Shown here: piece by piece, positions 1-8,978 of the stretch
How positions within the stretch are numbered: the first letter of the stretch is position 1
How the letters are laid out: every line of letters starts with the position of its first letter
Assembly: GCA_048885525.1 (NCBI GenBank)
Contig: JBHLLP010000023.1
Coordinates: 1 to 54,933 of the forward strand
Origin: Candidatus Hermodarchaeota archaeon
GTDB taxonomy: Archaea > Asgardarchaeota > Lokiarchaeia > Sigyniarchaeales > SOKP01
Direction of reading: 5' to 3'
DNA: 54,933 nt
The notes under the pieces: generated by a model
What the model saw: the letters and a program-made list of their open reading frames with translations, nothing else
Told to the model about the DNA's origin: nothing
The model's database searches: none
Program-made: the position numbers and the translations under genes

Positions 1-984
1 AATATCATATGGAGTATCTCCAATCCCATCATCATTAGCATCAACACCAGAATAATCACTCCAATAATTTCCAGTGGACCCGTTGTCCCATTGGTTATCT
101 GTACCATAATCAATTGCGTTTTGATTGTTATTGATAAAAGAATTATTAGTAAATATATTATTATTACTATTGTACTCCAAACGTATTCCATAATCTCCGT
201 TGTTAACTACGATGTTTCCCGAAATATTATTATTATCACCATTATACAGAAAAATTCCTCGATAGGCGTTAGCAAATACATCATTTTCTGAAACAAGATT
301 ATTAATACTATTCCATATTCCAATTCCGTCATTGATATTTTCATTTGCATTATTCCCCGTAATACCATTATTATTACTAGATTCTAAGGATAACCCCCAT
401 CCATTATATTTAAACGTATTTTCCGAGATAATATTATTATGACTATACCATAAACCAATCCCATATTCAATGTTACTGTTTGCAATATTTCCTGAAATAC
501 TGATATTTTGGGAATATTCTAAAATTATCCCTATAAAATCGTTGTTATTTGCATAATTATTGATTATTTGTCCATTATCGACATTATACAATTTAATTCC
601 CCCATCACCCCAGTCTACTCCTGAATTGTAGACAGTACAATTTTCAATCCTAAAAAATACATCAGAGTTTTCAATTATTATACAACTTCCCGAACCTCCG
701 CCATTAATTTCCAAATCTTCAATGACGTAAGGATTGGAATATGTTCCATTCCCCGTACAATTTCCCGCAACCTTAAAGGCAGCCCAACCTGAATTACCAT
801 CTATATGGATTTTACCCGATACTTTTAAGAGTTTCAGACCTTTATTATTTAAATCATCACTTACCGAGTTTTTATAAATAATTCCCATAGTAGAATTGGG
901 AGTATTGGTGATTAGTGGGGATGCAAACAAAATTATTGCAAAAATCATCAAAGTTATTAATTTAAGATTAACAAATTTTTTCAT
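1..984 (-). CDS. NosD/CASH-type right-handed beta-helix surface protein; 3' end runs off the window; absent from the ORF track
   Basis: Manual translation from ATG at 984: MKKFVNLKLITLMIFAIILFASPL (signal-like)...GNCTGNGTYSNPYVIEDLEINGGGSGSCIIIENSDVFFRIENCTVYNSG, paralogous to 16489..19668. Asn-rich repeats follow, and the NosD-type motif GNYWSDYSGVDANDDGIGDTPYDI lies at the window edge. Confidence 0.9.
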   Translation of the reverse strand, partial: MKKFVNLKLITLMIFAIILFASPLITNTPNSTMGIIYKNSVSDDLNNKGLKLLKVSGKIHIDGNSGWAAFKVAGNCTGNGTYSNPYVIEDLEINGGGSGSCIIIENSDVFFRIENCTVYNSGVDWGDGGIKLYNVDNGQIINNYANNNDFIGIILEYSQNISISGNIANSNIEYGIGLWYSHNNIISENTFKYNGWGLSLESSNNNGITGNNANENINDGIGIWNSINNLVSENDVFANAYRGIFLYNGDNNNISGNIVVNNGDYGIRLEYNSNNNIFTNNSFINNNQNAIDYGTDNQWDNGSTGNYWSDYSGVDANDDGIGDTPYDI

Positions 985-990
985 TTCATT

Positions 991-1079
991 CTCGCCAAAA
1001 TAACAAAAGTTAATGTATCACTGTTTAGTTGGTGCGTTCAAGAATAAAAATGTTTCTCCTCGATGTAGTAGTAAATTTA
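991..1079 (-). promoter_or_regulatory. Conserved upstream block of beta-helix gene (copy A)
   Basis: Ungapped 75/89 identity to 19675..19763; both blocks begin 7 nt from the respective ATG. Confidence 0.8.
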
Positions 1080-1119
1080 GGATAAATAGTGGTAAATTTA
1101 TGCTAAATAGTGGTAAATT
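1066..1119. repeat. 21-bp-period tandem repeat array A (3 units)
   Basis: TAGTRGTAAATT starts at 1066, 1087 and 1108. Confidence 0.9.
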
Positions 1120-1208
1120 GCTCAATTAGTTTTATAAATAATACTTACTTAATAACTACAGAAATGTGAAATCCACCCATTTGTAAAAGAGACAAGTTTT
1201 AAAGGAAA

Positions 1209-1763
1209 ATGGAAAAGCGTAAAAATAAGGGTTTAGGGTATTTTATTGGTGGTACAATCATTATATTAATATCGTGTGTTCTAATATTTTTGAATTTAGG
1301 AGCTAATATCAGAATTGATGAAATGTCATATTTTGGTACTCCAGCTTATTTTATTGGTGTTCTTTTAGTAGCCTATAGCATCCATTTAAGAGGAAATAAG
1401 TGGGGATGGTTAGATTTCCCTATAGCTCTTGCAATTTGTATTATTGCATTAATTCAAGTATGGGATGCCTTCTGGGATTATTTATTATATTACAGGTTGG
1501 CGTGGTTATCGGTATTTCCACTGAATTATGTGGCACTTCTAATTCTATTCATCGGTATTATTATGAAAAAAGCTGATTCTATTCAACGCCGTGATTATAA
1601 TAAAAAAATTGGTTTAGGTTTTACTATAGGAGCAATACTTTTAACTTTACCTCTAATCTTATTAGGAGCTGTTGGAGTTAATGTAATAAATCCAAATGGA
1701 GCCATATTGTTTTTCACCGTTATTGCTTGTCTTTGTATTGGAATTTACTTTTTAAAAAAGTAA
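1209..1763 (+). CDS. Orphan polytopic membrane protein (~6 TM)
   Basis: Six hydrophobic segments; internal similarity KNKGLGYFIGG / KKIGLGFTIGA; oligo-T tract downstream. Confidence 0.8.
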   Translation: MEKRKNKGLGYFIGGTIIILISCVLIFLNLGANIRIDEMSYFGTPAYFIGVLLVAYSIHLRGNKWGWLDFPIALAICIIALIQVWDAFWDYLLYYRLAWLSVFPLNYVALLILFIGIIMKKADSIQRRDYNKKIGLGFTIGAILLTLPLILLGAVGVNVINPNGAILFFTVIACLCIGIYFLKK

Positions 1764-1783
1764 AATATTTTTCTGGATTATTA

Positions 1784-1800
1784 TTTTTTTCTTTTTTTTT
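1784..1800 (+). terminator. Oligo-T archaeal-type terminator (putative)
   Basis: T7-C-T9 about 20 nt after the stop of 1209..1763. Confidence 0.5.
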
Positions 1801-1873
1801 GTAGCGTGGATGGAGATGATAAAGATTGGATAAGGCTCAAGTTTAATATTTAAGGGATTTTAGCGTAATTGGA

Positions 1874-1891
1874 GCTAAATAGTGGTAAATT
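1874..1891. repeat. Isolated copy of the repeat unit (direct repeat of 1102..1119)
   Basis: GCTAAATAGTGGTAAATT is identical at 1102-1119 and 1874-1891. Confidence 0.9.
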
Positions 1892-1951
1892 AATCAATAA
1901 TAAATATAAAAAAAATTAACTTCTGTATTTGTAAAAGTGTAGCAATTTGGA

Positions 1952-3868
1952 TTAAGGATTAAAAACCTCGTGTATAACTTCCCCGAGAGAAGGGGGATTA
2001 TTCAATTCTAACACTTCACCTGTCTGAACTGCTCTATTCAAACTTGTCCAAATTTCAGTATTATCCTTGACGGCTTTTGAGAAAATATGTAATTTCTTTA
2101 AGCCAGGGTAAGATTGTCCTTTTATTACATAACATACTAAAAATGACTCAATTGGGTTTATCAGGATTACATTTTCCCCAATTTTGATACGATCGATAGA
2201 CTCGGAAAAGACTTCGGAGCTAAATGTGTCAAACGCAGACATGAATGAGCTAAAAAGCCAATCAAAATCCCAATCTTCTCTAAATGAATAACTAAAGTAC
2301 GAAATTCCGCCCTTACTCATTATTATAAGTACAATAGGTTCTTCATCTCTTAAATCAAGTTGTTCTATAGCTCCATTACGAAGCATTCTGCCCATTTGTT
2401 CATTTATGTTCGCTAGTTTCATTCGATCATTTAAGGATATGTTTGATTCTTTAATTCCTTCCCATCTTTTCAGTTGTTTGAGTAATTCATCATGTTCGGT
2501 TGAAATTTTAACTGCAAGGCGATCAAGATGATATTTATCAGCTATATTTTGTGCTTTAGTTAAAAGTTTTCGAGCTTTTTTTAACTCAAGGGTTACTAAT
2601 GCTAGTCTTGCTTGGAACATATATACTTCAGCTAATAATGGGAATGAATGGTTTTTTTCAGCGAGGTTAAGTAATTTGATAATATAAGGTTTAATTTCAT
2701 CGATTATATCAAGATGACCTGTATTTTGTAGTTCAAATAAGAGTAAGTCGCATAGATGTAATAGTGCAATTAATGTTATTTCATAGTCTACAATTTCTTC
2801 ATCGACAACTTGTTTCAATATTTCCTCAGCTTTACCTCGATGGATAGAACGTGGACTTGTCTTCAGAAATATAGCTTTATCAACACGATAAGCCATACTA
2901 CTAAATTTCGATCTATTCTGAATTTGCTCTAATTGTTCTAAGTAATGTTGAGCTAATACAATATCACCCTCTTCAAGAGCTAAATGAAATAAACAATCTA
3001 AAGATGTCACTCCAGAAACACCTATTTCCCTAAACAATTTTACACTTTTTTCCAAAGTCTCCAGAGCAAGATTAAACCGACCTTGTTTCCGATACAAATC
3101 TCCAAGATTATTTAGAGATTGTGCAATTCCAAATTTATAATCTATTTCCTTGGCAATTGCTAAAGCTTCATTGTACTGTTCTATAGCACTATCAATCTCA
3201 CCTCTAAAAGCATAAATAATGCCAAAATGCATATAACAGTTTAGAATCTGTGCTTTGTAATCAATCTCTTTGGCATGCAATAGGCACTGATTTGAGTAGT
3301 CCAATGATATTTCAAAATCACCTAAAGTATGGTATATATTTTTCATCACGTCGAGAGACTCAACTATTCCTAACTTGAGATCAAGCTTTTTATTTAACTT
3401 TAGACATTGTTCTGCATATTCGAGAGCTTTATCAAATTCTCTCCTCATAAAATAAATATTTGCCCTACAGCAGGAAATCTCAGCTTCTCTTTTAATGCGT
3501 TCTTTCGATGTCTCAAAGTCAAGGGATTTAAGAATTTCTTCACTCTGTAAAAGTAATATGAGAGCTCTTTCATATTTGTAACCTGAAAAATAAGCCATCG
3601 ATTTTACGATGTAAGCATCAACTAATTGAAGGGAATCCTTTTGTCCCTCACTTGCATGATAAGCTTTTTCAGCGTAATCCAATAGTTTTTCTTTATCTTT
3701 CAATTTGTTAGATAAAAGACCCATTAGAATATAATAAGATATTTGTTCATAATTCGAAATATCTTTCCTTTCCCCGAAGTTTTTTAAAACTTGAGAAGCT
3801 TCATCAAATCTCCCATTTTCAATGAATTCCTTTGCATCTACTAATTCTTTTGATTCTAATTCAAACAC
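1952..3868 (-). CDS. TPR-repeat protein with C-terminal longin/roadblock-like domain
   Basis: TPR motifs (AQSLNNLGDLYRKQGRFNLALETLEKSVKL); C-terminal IVLIIMSKGGISYF...LFSSFMSAFDTFSSEVF...IDRIKIG pattern resembles longin-like domains. Confidence 0.85.
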   Translation of the reverse strand: MFELESKELVDAKEFIENGRFDEASQVLKNFGERKDISNYEQISYYILMGLLSNKLKDKEKLLDYAEKAYHASEGQKDSLQLVDAYIVKSMAYFSGYKYERALILLLQSEEILKSLDFETSKERIKREAEISCCRANIYFMRREFDKALEYAEQCLKLNKKLDLKLGIVESLDVMKNIYHTLGDFEISLDYSNQCLLHAKEIDYKAQILNCYMHFGIIYAFRGEIDSAIEQYNEALAIAKEIDYKFGIAQSLNNLGDLYRKQGRFNLALETLEKSVKLFREIGVSGVTSLDCLFHLALEEGDIVLAQHYLEQLEQIQNRSKFSSMAYRVDKAIFLKTSPRSIHRGKAEEILKQVVDEEIVDYEITLIALLHLCDLLLFELQNTGHLDIIDEIKPYIIKLLNLAEKNHSFPLLAEVYMFQARLALVTLELKKARKLLTKAQNIADKYHLDRLAVKISTEHDELLKQLKRWEGIKESNISLNDRMKLANINEQMGRMLRNGAIEQLDLRDEEPIVLIIMSKGGISYFSYSFREDWDFDWLFSSFMSAFDTFSSEVFSESIDRIKIGENVILINPIESFLVCYVIKGQSYPGLKKLHIFSKAVKDNTEIWTSLNRAVQTGEVLELNNPPSLGEVIHEVFNP

Positions 3869-3992
3869 ATTAAAATAGTAATTGAAATGTAATATATTGT
3901 AAACAATTTAAGATTATATCCTATTTAAGAGTCAGTTTTTTGTTTTACAGATTTGTTAATTCTAGGAGAGCAAGATGATTGCATTGATAAAA

Positions 3993-4162
3993 GACCAGGT
4001 TGGTCAGGTGGGGGTGTACGTGGGGAGCTTTTGGGCGATCTATTTAACCTTCTATTCTCAATCGCGCAAGTGTGTGGTGTTGAAAGGGTTTCCACAACTT
4101 GCTACCTATTTAAATCTTTACAAATTGGAAATTCGGTAATCCCATCATGTTTTTTACATGAT
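3993..4162. other. Hairpin-rich, locally GC-richer intergenic segment (candidate structured RNA)
   Basis: Stems GACCA/TGGTC (3993-4005), GCGAT/ATCGC (4035-4065), GCAAGT-g-TGTGG/CCACA-ACTTGC (4066-4102), ATCATGT/ACATGAT (4144-4162). Confidence 0.4.
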
Positions 4163-4182
4163 ATTTTTTTATAGGTCATAAG

Positions 4183-4330
4183 TACAAATGCATAATAAGG
4201 TTAAGGCTTTATTTTAAGGGTTAGATGTGATCAATTTTATTTTTTTCCCCTGCAATCTGCAATCAGATCTATCCCTAAATAATTGGCGTTATAAACCTAG
4301 AAAAACCTTAATGCTTTATTATGCATTGTA
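4183..4330. repeat. ~150-bp imperfect inverted repeat / long hairpin
   Basis: AATGCATAATAA (4187-98) pairs with TTATTATGCATT (4316-27); TTAAGG (4201-06) with CCTTAA (4306-11); AGGGTTAGATGTGAT (4217-31) with ATCAGATCTATCCCT (4262-76, 13/15). Confidence 0.75.
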
Positions 4331-4435
4331 TTCCCACCAGGGATAGTTTTTATAAACATCTTTTAACTTGAAATGATTATAATTCTTTTTTATTAAGATA
4401 ATTGAAAAAAAAATGAGTTATATATTATTTATGAT

Positions 4436-6154
4436 TTATTCTTCGCGAAGTGCTCGTTTTAATACTTTACCAACGGTAGTGAGGGGTAAAGTTTCTCTAA
4501 ATTCCCAAATTTTTGGAATTTCATATTTTGAGAGATGTTCAATGGCATAATTTTTTAAATTTTCTTTTATACTTTCGGTTGGGTCAATTCCTTCTTTTAA
4601 TTGCACAACTGCTTTTACTATTTCACTTCCAGGGCGATCTGGATCTTTAAGACCAATAATTGCTGCCATTTCTATATCTGGATGTTTTGTTAAAATATCT
4701 TCTACATGAACACTATAAACTTTATAACCACTTACTATTAGCATATCCTTAGTTCTATCTACAATTGTTATAAATCCATCCTCGTCCATGACCCCCACAT
4801 CCCCGGTATGAAACCACCCATCAATAATTGTTTTTGAATTTGCTTCAGGTTTGTTATAATATCCTCTTGTAACTTGAGGTCCCCTACAAATTATCTCTCC
4901 CGGTTTACCAAGCTCTACTTGTTCTCCTGTCTCAACATCGACAAGTCTTATTTCTGTATCTGGTACAGGTAAGCCAACAGTACCAATTTTTTTCTTACCA
5001 TAATAAGGATTCATTGTAAGAATAGGTGAGGTTTCTGTCATTCCATATACTTCTAATACTTTATTTTTTGCATTCATTGAATCTTCAAAATCGGTAATTG
5101 CTTCTGCAGGAAAAGGAGCTGCACCAGAAACATAAATTTCAATATTATCTAAAGTAGATTTAGCAATATCCTTCGCTTTAGGATTGTTTTTAATAGCCAA
5201 ATATAATGTTGGTACATTCACTATTATTTTAGGATTTTTTTCCTTTATCTCCTTTATAATATGATCTGTATCTCGAGGATTTGCTATCAAGATTTGACCT
5301 GCAGAAATATATAAAGTTAGCATACTCATTGCTAATCCCGCTAAATGGAATAGAGGAAAAGCAGACAGGTTTACATCTCCTTCTTCTGCTTCCTGATTAT
5401 CAAGCCAATTTATAACTTGAGTAATATTTGATATCAAATTAGCATGAGTAAGCTCAGTGCCTTTAGGGAGACCAGTTGTACCACCAGTATATTGAAGTAA
5501 TGCTAAATCTTTAATTACATCTATTTGTATGTCCTTTAAATCTATTTCTGTATCCATTATCTCTCGAAAATCTAATACATTCTTTCCATGAAATGGTTTA
5601 ACTTTACCTTTTGGGATTTTCCCTAATGATTTTCCAAGAAATATAATAATTTTAGAAAGCCCCATATAGTCCGATACATTTGTACTGATAACAATTTCCA
5701 ATTTTGGAACTTTATCAAGCACTTGGAATAAAACCTTTTCATAAAAAGCATCTAATGTGACAAAAAACTTTGCTTCACTGTCATTTATTTGGTATGCTAT
5801 CTCTGTTGCACTCATTAGGGGTGAACAACCCGAAGCTACTCCACCTGCCAAAAGGGTTCCAAAGTGAGCAACCAAATATTGGGGACAATTGGGTAAATTA
5901 ATAGCAACACAGTCTCCTTTCTTTAAACCGTTCTTCTGTAAATAAGTTGCAAAGCGATGCACTTTTTCTCTAAGTTCTTTAAATGACATTTCTTTTTTCA
6001 TGAAATAACACGCAATTCGTTGAGGAAATTTTGCCATTATATTATCAAACAATTTTCCTAAACTTTCCTTAGGATATTCTAAAGTTGGTTTAACATGTTT
6101 ATCGTAAGATTTTAACCAAATTTTAACATCATAAGGTGTTTGTTCAGTTTGCAT
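4436..6154 (-). CDS. fadD: Long-chain fatty-acid--CoA ligase (AMP-binding)
   Basis: YTGGTTGLPKG AMP-binding motif, YGMTE, GWFHTGDVG, C-terminal GKVLKR. Confidence 0.93.
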   Translation of the reverse strand: MQTEQTPYDVKIWLKSYDKHVKPTLEYPKESLGKLFDNIMAKFPQRIACYFMKKEMSFKELREKVHRFATYLQKNGLKKGDCVAINLPNCPQYLVAHFGTLLAGGVASGCSPLMSATEIAYQINDSEAKFFVTLDAFYEKVLFQVLDKVPKLEIVISTNVSDYMGLSKIIIFLGKSLGKIPKGKVKPFHGKNVLDFREIMDTEIDLKDIQIDVIKDLALLQYTGGTTGLPKGTELTHANLISNITQVINWLDNQEAEEGDVNLSAFPLFHLAGLAMSMLTLYISAGQILIANPRDTDHIIKEIKEKNPKIIVNVPTLYLAIKNNPKAKDIAKSTLDNIEIYVSGAAPFPAEAITDFEDSMNAKNKVLEVYGMTETSPILTMNPYYGKKKIGTVGLPVPDTEIRLVDVETGEQVELGKPGEIICRGPQVTRGYYNKPEANSKTIIDGWFHTGDVGVMDEDGFITIVDRTKDMLIVSGYKVYSVHVEDILTKHPDIEMAAIIGLKDPDRPGSEIVKAVVQLKEGIDPTESIKENLKNYAIEHLSKYEIPKIWEFRETLPLTTVGKVLKRALREE

Positions 6155-6448
6155 TTTTTTCTACCCTTTTTTTCAAAAATAGGAATTGATAAAATTTTAT
6201 CCTAATTATTAAATTTTTCATAAAAAATTGATATTGAAATATTAGAATTCGGAAATATTTAAAATTATCTTTGTAAATGAAGAAGAAGGTTATATCACTA
6301 AGAAGGCTGTGATGGAGAAAGAAAGGAGAATTTATTGAGATAAATAATTAAAAAGAAAATCTTTTTCAGTTATCAAAATCAAGCATGGAGTTGTTCCTGC
6401 TTTAAAACCAATAGAAATCCCATATCCTTTTAGCTAAGCTTCTTTTTA

Positions 6449-7237
6449 TTAATTTGAGTGATCTTTTTCCATTTCATTTTTAATAAATTCAATGTTTTCT
6501 TTAAGAGTCTGAGATATTGGCTCATCTCGCATTTTAAGGTTATCTAAGATTTGAACGGCATCTTCAAATAATTTTAAAGCTTTGGGATATTGAGATTTTT
6601 TATAATATAATCCAGGAATTTTCGAAAATTTAAAAGAGATACACTGAAATGCTGCAATTAATATCCAAGAAACAGTGAGAAAAGCTAAAATCCATTCCAG
6701 CAATGGATTTAACGTTGAAACAAATAAAATTAACACAAATCCAATTGTAAAACCAAGATATGCTAAATATCGTTTGAACGTAGGACCTTTATACATTAAT
6801 GACTGAGGGCCTTTATACATTAATATACTATACAAAACTATATAGATTGAAGTGCCAATAAAACTTACTCCTGCAACGATTCCATGAAAGGTAAAAAAAG
6901 CTACGGGATCAAAAGTCTCATTTGGGATTATTCCAACAAGACCTATACACATGTTAGAAAAGATTGCCACTCCTGTTGCGAGTTTTCCAATGTGTTCTTC
7001 AATAGCTTCTAACTCCTTTTTTAGGTAAATGTAAAAAGGGATTAATAAAGAACCAGCAACTACGAAACTGATACTGAATAATGATCTTGCATTACCTTCC
7101 CCTAATGAACTTATAGTATAATCTAATGGGTTAAAACCTGGTGTAAAAAATGCTGTTATGAGGAGGCCGACTAAAACAAATAAAGCCCCAAAAAATCCAA
7201 ACAAAACTTCCATCCTACTCTCTTTTATTGAAACCAT
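6449..7237 (-). CDS. DUF998-like membrane protein with TPR-like C-terminal tail
   Basis: PGFNPLDYTISSLG after TM1, conserved His (FHGIVA), LEWI motif; helical C-terminal YPKALKLFEDAVQI. Confidence 0.7.
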   Translation of the reverse strand: MVSIKESRMEVLFGFFGALFVLVGLLITAFFTPGFNPLDYTISSLGEGNARSLFSISFVVAGSLLIPFYIYLKKELEAIEEHIGKLATGVAIFSNMCIGLVGIIPNETFDPVAFFTFHGIVAGVSFIGTSIYIVLYSILMYKGPQSLMYKGPTFKRYLAYLGFTIGFVLILFVSTLNPLLEWILAFLTVSWILIAAFQCISFKFSKIPGLYYKKSQYPKALKLFEDAVQILDNLKMRDEPISQTLKENIEFIKNEMEKDHSN

Positions 7238-7370
7238 AATATTCCCTCTCTAAAACATTTAAAAACACTATTATTTAGTTCTCATTTGTAACTAACACAA
7301 TGAAAAGTTATTTATTAAAGTTTAGTTGATATTAATAATTAGGTGATTTATCTATTTAAAAAGTGATTTG

Positions 7371-7901
7371 ATGGGAAAATTCAAATTTAAAATTACTGTT
7401 ATTGGTGATGGATTCGTAGGTAAAACTTCCTTAATAAGTAAATTTACTCAAGGAAATTTTCAAGAGGATTATATACAAACTATAGGAGCACAATTTTCTG
7501 AACATATAGAAGATATTGAAGGTGATCGGTGTGAATTATTTTTCTGGGATATAGCAGGGCAAGCTGAATTTAACTTTTTGCGACCTGCGTTTTATAAGTC
7601 AAGTCTAGCATCAATTGTTGTATTTTCTCTTGAAGAGAATGATTTTGGTAGAAAAAGTCTTAACCATATTGAGAAATGGAATAAAGAAATTAAGAAATTT
7701 TGTGGGGATATACCCGTAATACTTTTTGGAAATAAAGTCGATTTAGTTGATGAAAGTAGCTTAAACGATGATAAAGTATCAAAATTCATAGATAAGGGCA
7801 TTTATATTGATTATTTTAGGACATCTGCAAAAACAGGCCAAAACGTTGAAAAAGCATTTAATAAAATTATCAGAGAATTGCACTCCAAGTATAAAGGTTA
7901 G
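7371..7901 (+). CDS. Ras/Rab-like small GTPase
   Basis: G1 GDGFVGKT, G2 TIG, G3 WDIAGQ, G4 NKVD, G5 SAKTG; ATG at 7371 preferred over TTG at 7368. Confidence 0.95.
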   Translation: MGKFKFKITVIGDGFVGKTSLISKFTQGNFQEDYIQTIGAQFSEHIEDIEGDRCELFFWDIAGQAEFNFLRPAFYKSSLASIVVFSLEENDFGRKSLNHIEKWNKEIKKFCGDIPVILFGNKVDLVDESSLNDDKVSKFIDKGIYIDYFRTSAKTGQNVEKAFNKIIRELHSKYKG

Positions 7902-8027
7902 AATTTCCTTATAAACCTTTAAGGAACATAAAATTTTATGACTTTAATAAACCGTCTTTTATAAGTAATATTTTTTAAAATAATAAAATAAGAAAGAAGA
8001 AATATGATTGGTAATTATTTTTTTCCT

Positions 8028-8378
8028 TTAACTATTAACTATAATCTCAAATACAACTCTAAGTATTATATAAACGATCCAAGGGATAAATGGAAGTATT
8101 AAAGCAAAAAAGACTAGCCCTAATGGTCCTATAAAAAACGTGCTCAGTGGAATCCACCACCAGGATATCCTTACTCCTGCAGTAAGATATACGGATATAA
8201 TACACCCTAATATTGCACCAATTATTAATAAATATTTAATGGGTTCTTTACGCAATAAGTACACATAATATTTTCCCGTTAATGTTTTCTTACTCCTTGC
8301 TTTTGCTCTTACATCTGAAATATATTCTTGCTCTTCAATCTCAATAACTTGTTTTTCTAAATCAAGCAATTTACCCAC
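8028..8378 (-). CDS. Small orphan membrane protein
   Basis: Charged N-terminus followed by 2-3 TM segments; shared upstream module at 8429..8477. Confidence 0.7.
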   Translation of the reverse strand: MGKLLDLEKQVIEIEEQEYISDVRAKARSKKTLTGKYYVYLLRKEPIKYLLIIGAILGCIISVYLTAGVRISWWWIPLSTFFIGPLGLVFFALILPFIPWIVYIILRVVFEIIVNS

Positions 8379-8428
8379 CTTTTCTTTTAAATTATTTTTT
8401 TAGGTTTTTTAAAAAAAATAAAGTAAAA

Positions 8429-8477
8429 ATTATATTTTTAGTTTCTCATTCAAAACTATTTTTGGACTCTTGGATTA
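8429..8477 (-). promoter_or_regulatory. Shared 49-bp upstream module, copy 1
   Basis: Minus strand TAATCCAAGAGTCCAAAAATAGTT...AAACTAAAAATATAAT; 37/49 ungapped identity to 11254..11302. Confidence 0.6.
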
Positions 8478-8560
8478 TTTAATAGACTAGAGACTTTATT
8501 CCAAAACATAACAAATTTCGCACACTGGGTTAAAATAAATAGTAGGTTTGTTTTGTAGAA

Positions 8561-8794
8561 TTGATGACATCCAATTTTATAATTAAGAGTCAGGATTCAT
8601 TTGAACCCGTGAGTGTTGTAAAATTTTATTATATGAAAGATAATAAAAAAACCATATTTGTACGACTACCAAATGGGAAAGTGATATGTGTTCCTAAAAC
8701 AACCATTCAATCCAAATTTTCAAGAGATAAAAATCGCTTACAAGACATTATTATTGATGATTGGATTCTGAGAAAATTTGGTTTGATAATGTAA
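8561..8794 (+). CDS. Small beta-rich protein homologous to the C-terminal domain of 26508..27224
   Basis: NGKVICVPKTTIQS...IIIDDWILRK aligns with NGLEVWIPKSTIHS...FHIDCWILKK. Confidence 0.75.
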   Translation: MMTSNFIIKSQDSFEPVSVVKFYYMKDNKKTIFVRLPNGKVICVPKTTIQSKFSRDKNRLQDIIIDDWILRKFGLIM

Positions 8795-8978
8795 ATAAAA
8801 TTACAATTCCACAGACAATATCAAGATCTCTATTATTTGACTCAAAAAGAGATATCCAATTAATATCACCCAAAGCTTCAATATTTCTATGGATAGTAAT
8901 TTTAAGAAAAGTTAAGAATTTCACAGAAGACCTAAAACCTTAAAACATAGGTGAGATATTTTTGAAATAGTGTTAACC

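Noticed and set aside
91-291. ORF 91..291 (+)
   Set aside because: Antisense shadow of the beta-helix gene 1..984.
1831-1856. Similarity to 4196..4220 that would bracket the TPR gene
   Set aside because: About 18/26 with a gap in AT-rich DNA; compatible with chance.
4066-4102. SECIS element / selenoprotein
   Set aside because: No recognisable SECIS core, and no in-frame TGA read-through candidate in the neighbouring genes.
3953-4174. 73-aa ORF as a real gene
   Set aside because: TTG start, no motif, atypical composition; it overlaps the hairpin-rich segment.
4217-4276. Canonical integron attC site
   Set aside because: GTTAGAT fits GTTRRRY, but it is on the 5' arm with the RYYYAAC-like sequence on the 3' arm, the reverse of attC; there is no intI gene.
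6261-6437. Possible PadR-like gene remnant (EEEGYITKK...ERRIY*)
   Set aside because: Too short and interrupted by stops to support without a search.
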